Source: Dehalococcoidia bacterium
GTDB taxonomy: Bacteria > Chloroflexota > Dehalococcoidia > SZUA-161
Direction: 5' to 3'
Assembly: GCA_011174795.1 (NCBI GenBank)
Contig: DUEY01000001.1
Location: 47,264 to 111,263, forward strand
Length of the DNA stretch: 64,000 nucleotides
Part shown: positions 30,677 through 38,876 of the stretch, in pieces
How the letters are laid out: each line of letters begins with the position of its first letter
Position numbering within the stretch: position 1 is the stretch's first letter
Translations under genes and position numbers: made by a program
The notes under the pieces: generated by a model
Seen by the model: only the letters and a program-made list of their open reading frames with translations
Databases searched by the model: none
Told to the model about the DNA's origin: nothing

Positions 30677-31735
30677 ATGATAGACCTGGATGATCCAAAG
30701 GTTTACACAAGACTCGACCCTATGGAAATGCGCGAGCGCATCCGTGAGTTGCCGCAACAGTGCCTCCAAGCCTGGCAAAAGGGGCTGGATCTCAAACTGC
30801 CCACCGACTACTCAAACATGCAAAAGCTCGTCATTCTCGGTATGGGTGGCTCTGCTATCGGGGGTGACCTGCTGCGCCACCTGTACACTGAGGGGAAAGC
30901 GCTCATTTTTATAGATCGAGAATACGATCTTCCCCCGTTAGTTGACGCTGACACCATAGTGGTTGCCTCCAGTTACTCGGGGAGAACCGAAGAGACCCTG
31001 TCCGCCTTCACACAGGCGATGGAGACACCCGCAAAAAAGCTTGTCCTGACCACCGGTGGCGAATTAAAAGCCCTCGCCGAGCATAACGATATCCCTGTTT
31101 ATACTATCGACTACGTTGCCCAACCACGAGCCGCTCTGGCCCACAGCTTTTTCCCGCTGCTCGGCATCTGTCAGAATCTCGGCATTATCAGCGACAAATC
31201 CGCGGATGTAGCCGAAATGGGGGAAGTGCTCGAGAACCTGCAAGTCACTATAGACGATACCTGCGCCACGTCTCATAATCCGGCCAAGCAACTGGCGGCT
31301 AAGCTGCATAACCATATGGTGATAATATACAGTGCGGGTATCCTCTCTCCGGTAGCGCAGCGCTGGAAAACACAGATAAACGAAAACAGTAAAGCGTGGG
31401 CGTTCTATGAAATATTCTCCGAACTTAACCATAACGCCGTGGTCGGCTATGAGTTCCCCCCTGAAATGGCAGAGAAGGCTTTTATCGTCCTACTCCGCTC
31501 CCAGCATCTGCACAGACGCATCCTCCGCAGATACGAGGTCACCACCGAGGTGCTGAGCCAGGCGAAGGTCAGCCATGAGACCGTGGATGCGATAGGAGAA
31601 AGCGCACTCAGTCAGATGATGAGCCTTATCCTGTTCGGCGACTGGGTGAGCTACTACCTGGCGCTTCTCTATGAGGTCGACCCCTCTCCGGTTAAGGTTA
31701 TAGACTACGTTAAAAAACGGCTGTCCGAGTCGTAG
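30677..31735 (+). CDS. Bifunctional phosphoglucose/phosphomannose isomerase (SIS-domain, archaeal-type PGI/PMI)
   Basis: 352 aa. ILGMGGSAIGGDLL, SSYSGRTEET and ELNHNAV motifs. Confidence 0.8.
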   Translation: MIDLDDPKVYTRLDPMEMRERIRELPQQCLQAWQKGLDLKLPTDYSNMQKLVILGMGGSAIGGDLLRHLYTEGKALIFIDREYDLPPLVDADTIVVASSYSGRTEETLSAFTQAMETPAKKLVLTTGGELKALAEHNDIPVYTIDYVAQPRAALAHSFFPLLGICQNLGIISDKSADVAEMGEVLENLQVTIDDTCATSHNPAKQLAAKLHNHMVIIYSAGILSPVAQRWKTQINENSKAWAFYEIFSELNHNAVVGYEFPPEMAEKAFIVLLRSQHLHRRILRRYEVTTEVLSQAKVSHETVDAIGESALSQMMSLILFGDWVSYYLALLYEVDPSPVKVIDYVKKRLSES

Positions 31736-31905
31736 AATACAAGGGCAAGGCGGAAGCTCCCTCAGACACCTGAACTCTATACACCTTCATCCGTAACCCT
31801 GCCCGTTAATCGCGAGCAGCCTGACATTTGGAAATCGCTCGCAAACCGTTTATAATCATAGTCCAAATCGCAGTCAGTGTCCGTATAAAACTTAAGGAGG
31901 TCGAA

Positions 31906-33609
31906 ATGGCACGAGTAAGCGGGGCAACACTTGTCGGCAAGGCTCTGATAAACGAAGGTGTGAAGGCAGCCTTCACCCTTTGCGGCGGACTGAGCGGGAT
32001 ATACGATACATGCGACAACGGGGGCATCGAGCTCATCGGTATGAGGCACGAACAGGCTGTAGCAAATGCCGCAACCGGTTACGCGCAGGTTGCGGGCAAA
32101 CCAGGCGTGGCTATGGTTACATCAGGGCCAGGCGTGATCAATATGGCATCGGGTATGGCCGCTGCCATGAACACACATACCCCGGTAATCGGCATCTGCT
32201 GTCACGCGCTGTACTGCTTCGAGGGTATGGGAGTTCTCCAGGAATTCGATTCCAGGGACATGTACCGCCCGATTACCAAGTGGGTAGGTTACTGCACATC
32301 TACGCGTCGCATACCAGACTATATGGCTAAAGCTTTCAGATATGCCGATAGCGGACGTAAAGGTCCTGTACTAGTGGACATCGCCGATGATGCGCTCATG
32401 CTGGATGTCGACGAAGAACAAGTGCCTATCATCCCACCAGACAGCTACAGAACCACTTCACGCCCGTATGGAGAACCTGAGCTGGTGAGGCAGGCAACGA
32501 AATGGCTAATGGAGGCAGAGAGGCCAGCGATACTTGTCGGGACAGGAGTCCTGCGGGCAGACGCATCGGAAGAACTCGTTAAGTTCGCTGAACTTCTTAA
32601 CATACCAGTATGCTGCGCAATAGGTGGCAAAGGGGCCATTCCCGATGACCATCCCCTTTGCGGAGGCCCTATAGGCTACAGCTTCGGCAGCATAGCCGGA
32701 GCTGACGTACTACTCGCCATCGGAGTTAGATTCGAAGATGTGCTTGGCTTTGGCAAGGGAGACCTGTACGCACCCGATGTAAGAGTCATCTCTGTGGATA
32801 TAGAACCCACGGAAATCGGCCGAAACAGGCCTATTGCAATGGGCATTTACGGAGACGCTAAAGCCGTGCTCAGTCAGCTCATCGAATCAGCGAATGCAAG
32901 TCTGGGCGGTGGGAAACGCGGGGAGACAGAATGGCTAAAAACTGTACGGAGCATCGCACAAACCGTTAACGAAACGCTAACATCAGACATGCCAAGCACG
33001 AAGAAGCCTATCGACCCCAGATGGCTGGGGAAAGAGGTGTGCGATTTCCTGGGTACGGATTCATACATCGTAATGGACGGCGGAGATATTAATGCTCAGG
33101 TTACCCCCCTCTACAATGCCAGCTTCCCGGGCAGCTTTTTATCAGCTCTAGGCGGCTCACTCGGGCACCTAGGAGGGGGCATCCCCTTCGCAATAGGCGT
33201 TAAGACGGCAGACCTAGACAAAAAAGTCCTCGTTATAGAAGGCGACGGCTCATTCCTGCTTAACGGCAGCGAGATCGATACGGCCGTACGACACAACAAG
33301 CAAATAGTGGTCGTGATAAGCAATGATTGCCAGTGGGGTATGGTTCGACATTCCCAGCAGCTCCACGAACATAAAGATCTTTGCTCAAAGTTAAGCGAGG
33401 CCGTACGATATGACAAGTATGCAGAAAGCCTTGGGGCTTACGGAGAGCTTGTAACAGAGCCTGACCAAATCAAACCCGCATTACAGAGAGCCTTCGACTC
33501 AGGATTACCCGCGGTACTCGATGTGAGAACCAATCCCGATGTCATGTGCTTCGCAGACTACCTCGGTCTGGATATGAAGGAACAGATACAGGCACTGTAT
33601 GAGAAGTAG
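31906..33609 (+). CDS. Thiamine-diphosphate-dependent enzyme, acetolactate-synthase-like; specific reaction unknown
   Basis: ATG 31906 lies 5 nt after AAGGAGG. GMRHEQAVANAATGYAQVAGKPGVAMVTSGPGVINM, and the TPP motif GDGSFLLNGSE...N. Confidence 0.8.
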   Translation: MARVSGATLVGKALINEGVKAAFTLCGGLSGIYDTCDNGGIELIGMRHEQAVANAATGYAQVAGKPGVAMVTSGPGVINMASGMAAAMNTHTPVIGICCHALYCFEGMGVLQEFDSRDMYRPITKWVGYCTSTRRIPDYMAKAFRYADSGRKGPVLVDIADDALMLDVDEEQVPIIPPDSYRTTSRPYGEPELVRQATKWLMEAERPAILVGTGVLRADASEELVKFAELLNIPVCCAIGGKGAIPDDHPLCGGPIGYSFGSIAGADVLLAIGVRFEDVLGFGKGDLYAPDVRVISVDIEPTEIGRNRPIAMGIYGDAKAVLSQLIESANASLGGGKRGETEWLKTVRSIAQTVNETLTSDMPSTKKPIDPRWLGKEVCDFLGTDSYIVMDGGDINAQVTPLYNASFPGSFLSALGGSLGHLGGGIPFAIGVKTADLDKKVLVIEGDGSFLLNGSEIDTAVRHNKQIVVVISNDCQWGMVRHSQQLHEHKDLCSKLSEAVRYDKYAESLGAYGELVTEPDQIKPALQRAFDSGLPAVLDVRTNPDVMCFADYLGLDMKEQIQALYEK

Positions 33610-33636
33610 TAACCGAGACCTCTAAATGAAGTTATT

Positions 33637-33662
33637 AACCCCACCCCCTCAGGGGTGGGGTT
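33637..33662 (+). terminator. GC-rich hairpin, probable terminator ending the long plus-strand gene run
   Basis: AACCCCACCCC-ctca-GGGGTGGGGTT (11-bp stem), 28 nt after the stop at 33609. Only a weak T tract follows. Confidence 0.55.
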
Positions 33663-33695
33663 AGCTATGCTTGCACATCTAGGAGTTATCACTCC

Positions 33696-33821
33696 TTAGT
33701 TATCCGGCTTTATCCGTTTCTTTCTACCATCATCCCTCGATGCCTTCTCGAATGCCTCATTGATTTTATCAAGAGGTATCTGGCAATCCATCAGAGAGTC
33801 CACCTCAATCTTCCCTTGACA
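33696..33821 (-). pseudogene. Remnant of the C-terminus of a Zn-dependent alcohol dehydrogenase
   Basis: Minus-strand translation CQGKIEVDSLMDCQIPLDKINEAFEKASRDDGRKKRIKPDN* resembles the C-terminal motif of class I/III ADHs (..KIKVDEFVTH.L.FD.INKAFELM..). No upstream ADH body exists; the Rrf2 stop abuts it. Confidence 0.5.
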
Positions 33822-33822
33822 G

Positions 33823-34266
33823 CTACTTACATAGCACATTGTCCGGATACTTATTTATTAAGTCCCCGGCTAAATCCTGCAAAGTTATGGCCTCCAACAC
33901 ACCAACCAGTGAGTTTTTCATACTTACCCACATATCGCGAGTTACACATCGTGCCGAATGCGGACATACACCCGGATGGTCAACGCACTCTACTAGAGAT
34001 ACCGAGCCTTCCATGGCACCGATGATCTCTGCAAGGCTTATTTCTGACGGCGGTCTTGCTAAGATAAAGCCGCCATGTGCCCCCCGAATACTCCTCACTA
34101 GGCCTGCGACTTTCAATAAAATAAGTACCTGCTCCAGATATCGCTCAGAAATCCGCTGGCTTTTAGCAAGGTTCCTTACATGAACAGGTCCCTTCCCATA
34201 ACACACCGCGAGGTCAAGCAAGGCTTTTGTCCCATAACGACCTTTAGTGGAAATACGCAGACTCAT
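33823..34266 (-). CDS. Rrf2-family transcriptional regulator, likely Fe-S-binding (IscR/NsrR-like)
   Basis: MSLRISTKGRYGTKALLDLA wHTH N-terminus; 147 aa. Cys triad CVDHPGVCPHSARC. Confidence 0.85.
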   Translation of the reverse strand: MSLRISTKGRYGTKALLDLAVCYGKGPVHVRNLAKSQRISERYLEQVLILLKVAGLVRSIRGAHGGFILARPPSEISLAEIIGAMEGSVSLVECVDHPGVCPHSARCVTRDMWVSMKNSLVGVLEAITLQDLAGDLINKYPDNVLCK

Positions 34267-34299
34267 TAACCTCTCATAAGCAAGTCGATAATTGCGATG

Positions 34300-34328
34300 A
34301 TATTACTATAGCGGGAAATATATGTCAA
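34300..34328 (-). promoter_or_regulatory. Putative sigma-70-type promoter of the Rrf2 gene
   Basis: On the minus strand: TTGACA (34328-34323), 17-nt spacer, TAATAT (34305-34300), about 34 nt upstream of the ATG at 34266. Confidence 0.45.
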
Positions 34329-34409
34329 CCTGGATTAACGTTTTAATAGTTTACCATTTAATAGGCAAAAGGAAGAACTACTCACGGCTTAGAATATAAA
34401 AGAACTAGA

Positions 34410-34745
34410 TCAACAAAAGAAATTAACTGTGGATGTATGATGACTGGCCCGCAGAAGATTGCTTATCGCCCGTTTATCCTCTTCGTCTTCAATCGGCTCG
34501 ATCTCAGATAGAATCCCACCCGCAACATCCTTTTCAAACTGCCATCTTACCACATATCCTTTTACATTGACGCTCCCCAGATAGGAAGCATAGCTGCGGT
34601 CACAGAAGGTAACATCGGAAGCCTTCGCGTCGAGATACAATACTCTGCGACCCTGATACTCCAATAATCCCTCAGTAACACTGTAGGACCTCCCATCAAA
34701 GCCGATATCCTCATCCTGAGGCAGATGGGTGTATATATAATTCAT
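34410..34745 (-). CDS. Hypothetical protein, no family recognised
   Basis: 111 aa ORF in the same orientation, 32 nt downstream of the DUF167 gene. No motif I can recognise; weak SD (GGGAGA directly abutting the ATG). Confidence 0.45.
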   Translation of the reverse strand: MNYIYTHLPQDEDIGFDGRSYSVTEGLLEYQGRRVLYLDAKASDVTFCDRSYASYLGSVNVKGYVVRWQFEKDVAGGILSEIEPIEDEEDKRAISNLLRASHHTSTVNFFC

Positions 34746-34777
34746 TCTCCCAAGCTCGAAAAAAGAAGAACGTTCAA

Positions 34778-35065
34778 CTACTTCCCGGCTTCGACCACGG
34801 ATAGCCTCTTTTTCAACTCTCCCGAATCCAGACCTTGTATGGCTAAGAGCTTTCGTCTGCCGGTAGTACCCCTGATAATCTGCACGGCGCTTTTTGGTAC
34901 ACCGAGCACTTCAGCCATAAGCGCCACCAGCGCCTGGTTAGCCCGCCCTTTACGAGGCGGAGCGGTAACTTTCACGCGGAGTATACCATCTTCGAGCCAC
35001 GATAGCTCGTTACTCCTCGCGCCGGGTTGAACATGAACCTGTATCGTTGCCTTTTTCTGCGACAT
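34778..35065 (-). CDS. DUF167 (YggU-like) family protein
   Basis: 95 aa. VHVQPGARSNE...LRVKVTAPPRKGRANQALVALMAEVLGVPKSAVQIIRGTTGRRK matches the YggU pattern. Confidence 0.75.
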   Translation of the reverse strand: MSQKKATIQVHVQPGARSNELSWLEDGILRVKVTAPPRKGRANQALVALMAEVLGVPKSAVQIIRGTTGRRKLLAIQGLDSGELKKRLSVVEAGK

Positions 35066-35080
35066 ACGCCGATTGAGCGC

Positions 35081-36307
35081 CTAACTCAGGAGGATACCGC
35101 AAATCGATACAAAGGAAGTCTCCTGCTGATCAGCCGGGCACTGCGCATAGCCGGTAATCTTTCCCGTTGTCTCGCCCAAGAGCCTCAGTGCCAGATATAT
35201 TGGGGCTAGTCCACATATTCGTCGCCGGTCTCCCTCTCTTTTTACCTGCTGGAACAGACCCTCGGCATCACCTTTTGCGATAATTGCCATCAGTTCGCTG
35301 TCAGCCGCCGATAAGTTGGCTTTCTCCGCCAGTCCGACAGGATAGCGATCGCCAAAGGCCGGGCCAACATGAGCTAAATCACCGGCAGCGACTATAAGAG
35401 TGCGCCGATTAGCTGTGGCTTGCCTCACTGCATCGACAAAGAGAGCGATCTCTTCATCATCACCCGGATGCTTCCCGCCCGCTATATATTTCTGGAATGA
35501 GCCGCAGAGTACCGGTACAAGTTCACAATACCTGTCCTTCACTAGGTAGTGTAGCCATACCGCAGCAGTCTCCACCGAATGCTCCATGCGGTGGTGAAGC
35601 TCCTCATCGAACACTCCCTCTCCCAAGACAGTCACTACCCTATCCACCACATCGCTTGCTGTCGACAATATACCCCAAGGCGTGGAATAGCTTTGCCTGG
35701 TGAGAGCAAATATGCTCCTGCAATCGAAGTGATTGGTGCCAAGAATGATAGCCACATCAGCCGACCGCGCTGCCGTTGCTGCCTGCCTCCACACCTCAGC
35801 ATAGATGGCACCACCGCGCTGATAGTCGATATGGGGGCTAACCAGCCCGCGCACCTGCTCTATTTGAGGCATATTCTCAGCCCCTGGAGAGGCGGTGTTG
35901 AAGTATTCCAGAAGCGCACCCTCAAGTAACTCCGGGCTGGATGGATAGACCGTGCCCGCCATTGTAGGAGGGCGAGAAGGGGCTGACCTGTATTTCTCTA
36001 TCTCCCCCCGGTAAACGCGGGCAAAGTGGTCATTATCCAGCAGCAGAGCTTCATCAAGCTCAAATAACAACTTATCAATATACTCTGGCCCCACCCTTAA
36101 CCCGGTTCTGAGCTCAAGGGCGGACCTCAAAGTAGCGCAGTCACGAGTGCCATCGCATAGCTCCAGAACAGGAGCGATGCTTTGCGGAAGCGCCACCGCG
36201 CGATCGCTTAGCCTTAGTGGGTCCTGGAGTACAACCACCGGCTGGCCCTGCCATTGTCCAAAGCTGACCTGTACTCCCCTTAGCTTAGGCCACATGTTGC
36301 TTGTCAT
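35081..36307 (-). CDS. Memo-like protein (AmmeMemoRadiSam system protein B family) with an N-terminal extension of about 105 aa
   Basis: 408 aa. Memo core begins at about residue 110 (RPPTMAGTVYPSSP); metal/active-site motifs SPHIDY, ILGTNHF, AAGDLAHVGP, ICGLAPI. The N-terminus (VLELCDGTRDCATLRSAL...LLFELDEALLL) looks PqqD-like. Confidence 0.8.
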   Translation of the reverse strand: MTSNMWPKLRGVQVSFGQWQGQPVVVLQDPLRLSDRAVALPQSIAPVLELCDGTRDCATLRSALELRTGLRVGPEYIDKLLFELDEALLLDNDHFARVYRGEIEKYRSAPSRPPTMAGTVYPSSPELLEGALLEYFNTASPGAENMPQIEQVRGLVSPHIDYQRGGAIYAEVWRQAATAARSADVAIILGTNHFDCRSIFALTRQSYSTPWGILSTASDVVDRVVTVLGEGVFDEELHHRMEHSVETAAVWLHYLVKDRYCELVPVLCGSFQKYIAGGKHPGDDEEIALFVDAVRQATANRRTLIVAAGDLAHVGPAFGDRYPVGLAEKANLSAADSELMAIIAKGDAEGLFQQVKREGDRRRICGLAPIYLALRLLGETTGKITGYAQCPADQQETSFVSICGILLS

Positions 36308-36313
36308 TTGATC

Positions 36314-37153
36314 TCACCGCAGATAAGCCACATAGCTGTTAAGCGCTACACCCAGCGAATCAGCCACCGGCTGGCACTTAGCCTTGAGTAGGTGAAAAAC
36401 CTTGCCCTGCGCAGGCAACTCGGTGAGGGTCTCCCAGAAACCCATACCCTTAGCCAGCACCAGGTCAGCAGCCTCGAATTCGGCCTTGAACTCGGATGAA
36501 GCCATGTCCATGTCAACGCCAGGGGTATCGGTGCCAGTGCTGATAACCCTCGGCAATGCTCCCATCATCCCGAACTTCTTTAAATCCTCAAGCGTGATGT
36601 CATCCTGTACAGGTGACTCTTTCACCACATAGGTAACAGGGGCGTAATCAGCCATCTTGTTAACCAGTGGAATATCAAATGGCACTTCCCCAGCGTTGTC
36701 CGCTAGATAGAGCATATTCTTTGCCTCTCTCAGCTTTTCCTCCAGCTTCATCGTGTCATCGATGGTAAATTCCACCGGTCCTGTTATCTCTTCCTTAATC
36801 TCCTCAATGTCTTTGAAGAAATCTATATTGTTTCCCCTCACCGCGTAGACAAGACACTTCCTGATATCCCCTTCACTATTATACTCCAGTTCCCGCATAA
36901 GCCCCGCAGCCATCTCCAGCTCTGCTTCCTTAATCCCGTTATAGGGGTCGGCATTGCCCGTTAGCGACCTGACCAGGCGGTGTATTAACGTAGCGACAGC
37001 GATAGTGGTCTTGTCAGTAGAGAACTCACGGTCAAGGAGCATCTGCCCGTCTTCGATAACCCTCAACCGTAATGCAGGTTCATCGGTGGCCAGTTCAGCA
37101 GCCTGACGCAGGAGCCGTGCCAGGCAGTTATAACATTCTTTACTAGCTTTCAT
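36314..37153 (-). CDS. DUF89 / ARMT1-like damage-control phosphatase family protein
   Basis: The ORF extends to 37240, but MKASKECYNCLARLLRQ (ATG 37153) is the typical family N-terminus. 6-nt gap to the Memo gene. Confidence 0.7.
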   Translation of the reverse strand: MKASKECYNCLARLLRQAAELATDEPALRLRVIEDGQMLLDREFSTDKTTIAVATLIHRLVRSLTGNADPYNGIKEAELEMAAGLMRELEYNSEGDIRKCLVYAVRGNNIDFFKDIEEIKEEITGPVEFTIDDTMKLEEKLREAKNMLYLADNAGEVPFDIPLVNKMADYAPVTYVVKESPVQDDITLEDLKKFGMMGALPRVISTGTDTPGVDMDMASSEFKAEFEAADLVLAKGMGFWETLTELPAQGKVFHLLKAKCQPVADSLGVALNSYVAYLR

Positions 37154-37289
37154 CCATTCTGATACTTCTATTATACAGGACACACGGTATTCCCAAAAGG
37201 AACGACATGTTGCAGCTGAGATTAAGCATCTTCCCGACAACCCAAAGGTCTTATTACCACCTCATGCACCCCACAACATTCACCAACCG

Positions 37290-38057
37290 CTAGGACGCCC
37301 TATCCAAGAGTGCAACACGTTCTCCGTCGAAGATGGGAACGGCATCATAGAAATCCAACTCCGAAGCAAACTCCAGGTCCGATTCGAAACCGATTGATCG
37401 CAGGAAGCGACCATGGTCACTTGATGCCAGAACATCGATGCGTTGTCCCTCCCTAGCCGTAGCAAATCCGGCAGCTATGATAGCGCTGTCCCCTGGCTGA
37501 GTTTCAATTCCGGACTCACGAAGTCCACTGATTAACTTCCTTACAAGTAAGCCCGCACAGAAAAAATCCTCCGCAGAAGGATTGCCATAGCGTCCGGCAC
37601 ATAAAATGACTATACCATCCAGAGAACCGGTAGAAGCCGCCTTCACAATCGCTGATGATACAGCAGAAAGGTTCAGCAGTGCAGCGATATAGACTGGCTT
37701 GCCAGACCCGGCATGAGCACGCCGAATTGCCCCTGTTCCGTTTGAGGTATAGAAGTAGATGTCCTTCCCGGCAACGACATCTTCCACCATATATTCAAGA
37801 GGCGAGTTACCCATATCAAAACCGGGTATATGCTGGCCCATGTCCTCCCCCCCAAGGAGATAACGCTCGCGGCCCAGCCCGGATACATCTCTTCTGGCCT
37901 CGGCAATATCCAGGCAAGGATGCACCGCAGCCGCGCCGCTGACAAGCGCCGTTATTATCGTACTGGTAGCCCTCAGGACATCGATAACGGCACACTGGCA
38001 CCCCGTTAAGTCATCCTCTTTCAAAAAAGCTGGGGCGACAAGAACGTCTAGCTTCAT
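37290..38057 (-). CDS. comB: 2-phosphosulfolactate phosphatase (ComB) family protein
   Basis: 255 aa. VIDVLRATSTIITAL, SNGTGAI and the family length match ComB homologues. Physiological substrate in a non-methanogen is unknown. Confidence 0.7.
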   Translation of the reverse strand: MKLDVLVAPAFLKEDDLTGCQCAVIDVLRATSTIITALVSGAAAVHPCLDIAEARRDVSGLGRERYLLGGEDMGQHIPGFDMGNSPLEYMVEDVVAGKDIYFYTSNGTGAIRRAHAGSGKPVYIAALLNLSAVSSAIVKAASTGSLDGIVILCAGRYGNPSAEDFFCAGLLVRKLISGLRESGIETQPGDSAIIAAGFATAREGQRIDVLASSDHGRFLRSIGFESDLEFASELDFYDAVPIFDGERVALLDRAS

Positions 38058-38137
38058 ATTACCTTAAAACCACCGTATCGTAGTATATCATAACTTCATT
38101 TCCCACTCGGATGTCTGCATTGAACGAGCATAAGCCC

Positions 38138-38166
38138 TTGACACAGTAGGTACTGAAGTATAGAAT
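38138..38166 (+). promoter_or_regulatory. Putative sigma-70-type promoter of the CBS-domain gene
   Basis: TTGACA (38138-38143), 17-nt spacer, TAGAAT (38161-38166). Confidence 0.45.
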
Positions 38167-38233
38167 TCGAATGTTTTTACTCGTATGTATGAAGTAAGCA
38201 GAGAAGGTTAATTATCGTTATCGGAGGCATACC

Positions 38234-38875
38234 ATGTATATCAGCGATGTAATGACCACAAAAGTTGTTACCGTATCCAGTTCAACATCCCTTGCGGATG
38301 CAAGAAGGATAATGGACACTCACAATATCCGCCGCTTACCCGTGGTCGATAAGGGGAAACTGGTTGGCATCGTTACACGTGCCGGGCACGACAGGGCGGG
38401 CCCAGCCAACGTCACCAGCCTCAACATCCATGAAATCATTCACCTGTTGAGCAAGATTACGGTCAAGGAAATCATGGTCAAGGACCTGGTGACAGTTAGC
38501 CCCGATGCAACGGTGGAAGAGGCTGTAGCTCTGGCGCAGGAGAAGAAGGTCGGCTCCCTGCTCGTGGTGGATGAAGGCAGGCTGGTCGGCATGGCCACCA
38601 CCAACGACTTCTTCTACAAAATCCTGAACCCGATTCTGGGGATAGGGAAACCAGGCTCTCGAATCGTCATCCGTGACGTGAACGGGCCCAGTGATGTCGA
38701 AAGGGTGGTCGCCGCCATAAACAAGCTCGGCCTGGAAGTATTCACCATGTTCATGCTTCCCATTCCCGATAAGAATAGAGAGGATTTCGTTGTACACCTG
38801 AGTTCAGAGGACCCGACGAATCTGATTGCTGAGTTGCAACTGCTTGGCTTCACCGTTGAAAGAAGAGCACGCTGA
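38234..38875 (+). CDS. CBS-domain pair protein with extra C-terminal domain
   Basis: 213 aa. Two CBS motifs (MTTKVVTVSSSTSLADARRIMDTHNIRRLPVVD; IMVKDLVTVSPDATVEEAVALAQEKKVGSLLVVD). Confidence 0.75.
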   Translation: MYISDVMTTKVVTVSSSTSLADARRIMDTHNIRRLPVVDKGKLVGIVTRAGHDRAGPANVTSLNIHEIIHLLSKITVKEIMVKDLVTVSPDATVEEAVALAQEKKVGSLLVVDEGRLVGMATTNDFFYKILNPILGIGKPGSRIVIRDVNGPSDVERVVAAINKLGLEVFTMFMLPIPDKNREDFVVHLSSEDPTNLIAELQLLGFTVERRAR

Positions 38876-38876
38876 G

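Noticed and set aside
33816-34183. Plus-strand ORFs 33816-34025 and 33839-34183
   Set aside because: They are antisense to the Rrf2 regulator, whose wHTH N-terminus and Cys triad are clear. No independent support.
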